A DNA stretch of 64,000 bases from positions 10,540,001 through 10,604,000 of the forward strand of contig NC_047081.1 of the NCBI RefSeq assembly GCF_902459465.1, written 5' to 3'. This document shows, piece after piece, positions 60,485 to 64,000 of the stretch. The position numbers and the translations under genes were made by a program. Under the pieces are notes generated by a model. The model had not been told where the DNA came from. It ran no database searches and was given only the letters and a program-made list of their open reading frames with translations. Source of the DNA: Asterias rubens (lineage: Eukaryota). Each line of letters opens with the position of its first letter. Position 1 is the stretch's first letter.

Positions 60485-62972
60485 ATTGGTCTCCCGTGGT
60501 CGCCCTCAACAGGGTCACTAGTGAATCGATATTCAACCCACAAAGGTAACAACTACAAAACCAAGAATGACAAAAGGGGTGAAAGATCATCCTATTGTGG
60601 GGGCTCGTGTTCGATTTGTTCGGTTCTCGTCAGCTTAGCTGGTACGGCAGGCTGAAGTTGTTTGCTAGCTTGTAAGGTTTTGATAAAAACGATTAGATTC
60701 GGATGCGAAGAAAATTGATTTTTGATATGTGAAGGGCCATAGGCTAGACAGGGGGGAGGGCTGTCAAGAAATGCACACACCCGCATTTTAAGAAGTATTA
60801 TAGCTATCATAAATAAACAATGAATTCCAGCTGCTGTTTCTAGGGAGATTGGTGATGTTTTCCCCCGCTCCGGCCGGCGACGGAGTTACATTATTGATGT
60901 TTTCAATGTAATTAAGTTTTAATGTTTACTTTTAGGCGTTCAGAAGTGCAAAGGGTCCATATTTTGGACTAATTGAAAAAAAATAAGTAAACATTAGCTT
61001 CCATTTCAACTTTTATTTTACTTTATGTAGGTCGCTAGACCTATTATAATGTAGACCCCGGTGACATCAAATAAACATAAACAAACATAATCAAATAAAA
61101 CTAGTAACACAACGTAAACAATTCAATCAAAGAGTTTTTTTCAGCTGCGTGAACCACCCCCTCTGTTGACGCTATATCCATGAGTAGGTGAGCCACTGCT
61201 GTCATGTTGATATAATTATGTCCTCTGACAAAGGCACATCTTCCTACATGCCACTGTTTTCATTTGAACTCCATTCTGTGCCTGGCCTGGCCATCACTTC
61301 CAGTAAAACCTGAGACACAACAAGATACTCACAAGAAACTTCTCACCACATTTTCAGTGTCACGCAAGAATGCTATTTATTGGGTTATACTCTATAATAT
61401 AATCATACAGTTTATACTTTTATAGTCAAAAAATAAGATAAGATTATTGTTATAAAAAATGACTAGCATCCTTGCTTCCAATTGTTTTATTGTTGTTAAT
61501 ATTCTTTTTTTTAATACACATGATAAAATATGTCAAGATAAAAAGCTACTTTTAAATACACATAAATAAACACCATTTACAGCAGTCAAGTTTGTTCACC
61601 AACCAAGGATGAAATGGGGGTACACACAGTTAACACAAAAATAGTCCTTTTGTTGTTGTAAAGCAAGCAAAACGTTTAAGAAAACAAAAACCCAGTTTCC
61701 CAGATTGATTAAAATGAATAGTTATTGTTTTTTAGCTCACAATGGTGTAGAAACAGAATGTAAATCAAATACATTACATTTTGTACAAATTGGTCTTGAT
61801 ACATAGGCCTATATCTGTATTATTTCATTCAAAGAAACTGAGATTGCGAACAACAATTTATCCAGCAAAATTCACTTTATTATTACTTGTTTGGCGCTAG
61901 CGTTGGTTTAGGTTTTACTCGCAGTTTTGATTAGATCACTGGTTCTACGGAGTGGGGTCTTTACAATCAGTCTAAGACACCAAACTAAACAAAAAGCAAA
62001 AGTCAGATTCCCTTTTCGAAAAAAACAAAAACAAAAACGGTTCCGGCTGCGGCTTCGTTTGCCGTCTTTACAGATTGGCAGCCAAAGCCGCAGTTTCAAA
62101 AAGGGCCCCCGAGTCTTTTAACTCGCCTTAAAAAAAAAAGGCAAAGAATATAAAGAAATAAAAAATTATTAAAGACCAACAACAAAAACTAGCTCTAAAG
62201 AAACTCTATAGCTACGTTATTCAAAATATTACACGGGGTTCTATATCTTCAGAGAGCGAGACCAATCAATATTATCTGTGTCTTCTTAAATATTTAAGTT
62301 TGTTGACACGCCTTCAGCTGCAACTATTTCTTCTTTTTGATAAAACCATTAAATCTGGATCGAACTTCCTAAACAGTGAAACAATGACAAAGACGAGGAC
62401 GAACAGACCGACATACAACCACCCCAACAGGGATACAAAATCCCCTTATAAGACAAAACAACATGACACACACAAACACAATAAAATTCACTAATCAGTT
62501 ACAGTAAAAAAAACAAAAAAACAAGTAAGTGTCCGAATGTAAAACAAAAACTAATAAAAATGCAAAATATGCACAGTACAGCACGAGGGACATTAAAGCC
62601 TCAAATTATTGACAATGAGGTAAAAATGGCGCATGATCAACACAAAAGGGTAAACAAAAAAACAATTTACAGTACTGATGAACATGTTTTTGGCAATCAA
62701 CTATGATGGACTTAAAATGGAGTCTAAAAAAAGAAAGAAAAACAGATCGCATCGGGATGGTACAACATTTCAAAAGAGAGAAAGGAAAATACCAAATCAA
62801 ATAATCCTTGCAATCCTCTAGCTTCAGAAAACCCAATCCAAATACAAGCCTCCAAGTCCGGAAGACGAACCGGGGTCCGCAGCAGGTGAAGAAAAAGCAA
62901 GGGGGAAAACACGGCCAAGCCGACCCCAGTGCAATTCTTGAACCATAACAAAACTCTCGGCATCTTTGGGTA

Positions 62973-63114
62973 TAAACCATTTCTGAGTCAGTGGGAACAA
63001 AAGGTGTCAAAATGACCCGGGTCAAACTTACACAGTGGAATCTTTGGGTGTGAACCATTTCTGAGCCAGTTTGAACCAAAGTTGTCAAAATGACCCGGGT
63101 CAAACTTACACAGA
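62973..63114. repeat. About 80-bp tandem duplication
   Basis: AACCATTTCTGAG(T/C)CAGT...GTGTCAAAATGACCCGGGTCAAACTTACACAG occurs twice, followed by a partial third degenerate copy. Confidence 0.8.
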
Positions 63115-64000
63115 ATCCAGGCTAATGACCATTTTCTGGGTCAGCATGGCCAAGAGAGCCATTGGGACCCGGCTTAATTCTGAACCGGAAGCTTTTTGAG
63201 GGCTTCACCCACTTTTATTACGCAAACTGCCTTTTCAAAAAGAGTTATCAAACTAACAAAACAGTTCAAGACTGTGCTTATGTTTGCCCTGATTTATGCA
63301 TAATTATAATAATGATTTTGTTGCACTAAACCAACATTAAACACAATAACTTAATTCAAATTTAAATGAATGCACTGTTTGTTGCAGATCATTTTTTTCT
63401 ATTTCAATAAAAACAATTTTTTTAAATACATTTCAAAACTAATAAAAAAAAACCATGACAAGGCCATGAATGCAATTTGGCACAAAATCAAAGGTTTTCA
63501 GAGTTAATGAACACAAAACACAATCCTTAAAAAAAGTATACAAACAAGATTAATTAGAGCTACTCAAACGGCAAAATTAGTTGAAATTCTACAAAAAAAC
63601 TCTTTGCAATTATGCCAATTTTTTTCGTTGATGAACAACATAATAGGCCTAAAAAGAGGAAAACGAAGAACAAAACCAACAGCAACAACACTCATGGTCG
63701 CCTGTTTAGAGAAAAAAAAGTTTTTTAAGAGAGACGTAATTATTGAAACTACAAACAGCCAACCCGCCGGTCCCACTATTAACTAATCCAAAACGAACCC
63801 TCAATATTTCAAAGAAAAATGGTCAGAAAAGGACAAAAAGGAGAGGCACTGATTGGATAATTCAAATCACTCAAAAAGGTAGGAATCAAAAAGTACTTTT
63901 TTTTAGATAAATAAAACCAAAACAAAAAGATTCAAAAAATAATTTTCTAAAACTTCCTACACACAATTTTACAATGTTACCTCTATTTACAAGTCTAATT

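Noticed and set aside
62606-63103. 165-aa minus-strand ORF
   Set aside because: Starts in a tandem duplication, is Phe/Cys-rich because of A-tracts on the other strand, and has no recognisable motif or consistent splice pattern. Likely non-coding, possibly the UTR of a gene beyond the window.
1-64000. Prokaryotic or viral system (operon, defence island, endogenous virus)
   Set aside because: All credible coding sequence is spliced metazoan genes; no long intronless ORF exists in the window.

Overview
Intron-rich, AT-rich animal genomic DNA, not prokaryotic. The repeat landscape and gene content suggest an invertebrate deuterostome, probably a sea star (inference). I assembled seven spliced genes by hand from GT-AG exons with consistent reading phases. 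In order: the 3' part of an anthrax-toxin-receptor-like gene (+, 142-4152), TMEM145-like (-, 7574-15883), CFAP299 (-, 17537-20276), an unnamed 583-aa coiled-coil gene head-to-head with CFAP299 (+, 21414-29982), an RDH8/HSD17B1-like SDR (+, 31950-37058), TRMT10A (+, 38710-42748), and a SPATIAL-domain TBATA/C4orf17-like gene (-, 47556-54926). Most interesting observations: (1) a tandemly duplicated, diverged, phase-symmetric exon 2 in the SPATIAL gene; (2) near-identical RFX X-boxes at the CFAP299/coiled-coil bidirectional promoter and the putative SPATIAL promoter, suggesting a co-regulated ciliary neighbourhood that includes an uncharacterised protein; (3) gene linkages matching human 4q21 (ANTXR2-CFAP299) and 4q23 (C4orf17-TRMT10A); (4) a 1.47-kb non-autonomous DNA transposon with hairpin TIRs and a 9-bp TSD; (5) an intron-to-intron templated insertion flanked by a 41-bp duplication; (6) a 2.5-kb satellite built from 24-32-bp perfect palindromes. 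Many MITEs and tRNA-derived SINE fragments fill the introns. Homology calls rest on recalled motifs; no searches were run.
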